From: Macrostomum lignano
Taxonomy: Eukaryota
Assembly: GCA_002269645.1 (NCBI GenBank)
Contig: NIVC01000363.1
Coordinates: forward strand, 1 to 64,000
Direction of reading: 5' to 3'
DNA length: 64,000 nucleotides
Shown here: positions 63,028 through 64,000 of the stretch, one piece after another
Layout of the letters: each line of letters starts with the position of its first letter
How positions within the stretch are numbered: the first letter of the stretch is position 1
Program-made: the position numbers and the translations under genes
Notes under the pieces: generated by a model
Seen by the model: only the letters and a program-made list of their open reading frames with translations
Databases searched by the model: none
Told to the model about the DNA's origin: nothing

Positions 63028-63450
63028 TCCTATATACTAAAAATGAGTTGTCTGTATGTAGGTAGGTATGCGATAGATTTCAGAAAAAATGGCTCAACCG
63101 ATTTTCTTCAAACTTGCACCATTCGATCAGAAATTTTCCTGGGACGGTACATGCATCTTGGCTAAGAAATTGCTCAATTTTAAAGGGATTAAATATTCGA
63201 AAAACATGCTTTTTTGCAAAGGTCAAGCAGCTCTTTCGACCTGAAATGCATTGTAAAAATGCTAGAGAAAAAACTGACTGACTGAATTCTGATTGTGATA
63301 AAGATTGCATAACAGCTGAATTGTACCTCCGCCTTGAATTGCGTCACAGTGTTGAAAACACTGTGTAGAAGCATATTACGAGACTTGATTTAGACTGCGT
63401 AACCATACTGACCGATTGAAAAATTGATTATGTCCTAACTGCTTCGTGCT
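63028..63450 (+). mobile_element. 5' part of a second Helitron-like unit fused directly to the CTAG end of the first
   Basis: TCCTATATACTAAAAATGA begins at 63028; about 400 bp is strongly similar to 58691-59110. No 3' end seen in the window. Confidence 0.7.
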
Positions 63451-64000
63451 CATCTTATAGTGTAATTTTTGTTAAACATAAAAGAAGCGTCATGAAAAAC
63501 CTAAAAAATGCTAGCGTCGAGGCTTACTAATTCAGAACCACAAGTGTCATAAAAATCGTAAAAGAAGTGTCATTTTAAGCATGAAAAGTTCCTGTAAAGC
63601 ATAGAAGAAGCGCGAATATTCGAATAACACACATGCCTTTCTGCAAGGGTCAAGCAGAACTTCCTACTGTGAGCCATTCTGATTGGAATTAAACTTTGCA
63701 GCGCCCAGTAAAGTAGTATTTTTTGTCGCCAGGCTAGAGAACTATAAATGTACACTGCGAGAAAAGATTGTACATTATAAAATCTTCCCGTGCACAATTG
63801 ACATACTAACTTTAAATGCTGGAGAGAGGGAGAGTGAGAGAGTGAAATACATGCACATATATACAGTATCTAATTGATTCACAATATACGAACCATGTTT
63901 GAGACTGACCCTCCAAAATGTAATAAAACCGTCTGATTATAAAAAAAGTCCAAAAGTGCCACAGAGATAGATGTACATTGGCTACTGAGGCTTGCGCCTC

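Noticed and set aside
62449-63065. ORFs of GDACYL / GGCLLS / GMLAIW repeats
   Set aside because: Translation of the 18-bp tandem repeat, open in all three frames.

Overview
Repeat-rich eukaryotic (metazoan) genomic window. The short introns, dense minisatellites and gene families suggest a flatworm such as Macrostomum (inference). Two well-supported host genes lie in tandem on the minus strand at the left: a single-exon rhodopsin-class peptide-receptor-like GPCR (3050-4332, one apparent 1-bp frameshift) and a two-exon DEG/ENaC channel (7625-9673, 615 aa). Three weaker spliced-gene candidates were missed by the ORF track (22151-22393 +, 26183-26726 +, and a signal-peptide gene at 30541-31357 -). 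Much of the rest is tandem repeat and mobile DNA. Mobile DNA includes an otherwise intact RTE-type LINE bounded by an 11-bp TSD with a 17-bp array at its 5' end and a hAT MITE in its ORF, a second hAT MITE, a Sola-like 3.8-kb element with its empty site in the same window, a foldback MITE, head-to-tail Helitron-like units, and a degenerate gypsy gag with a triplicated PBS-like motif. Other structures are a minimal hammerhead ribozyme near telomeric repeats, a three-level 20/159/954-bp satellite, a 4.7-kb inverted satellite structure, and a tandem pair of putative structured-RNA motifs. All coordinates were read by eye; array boundaries are approximate.
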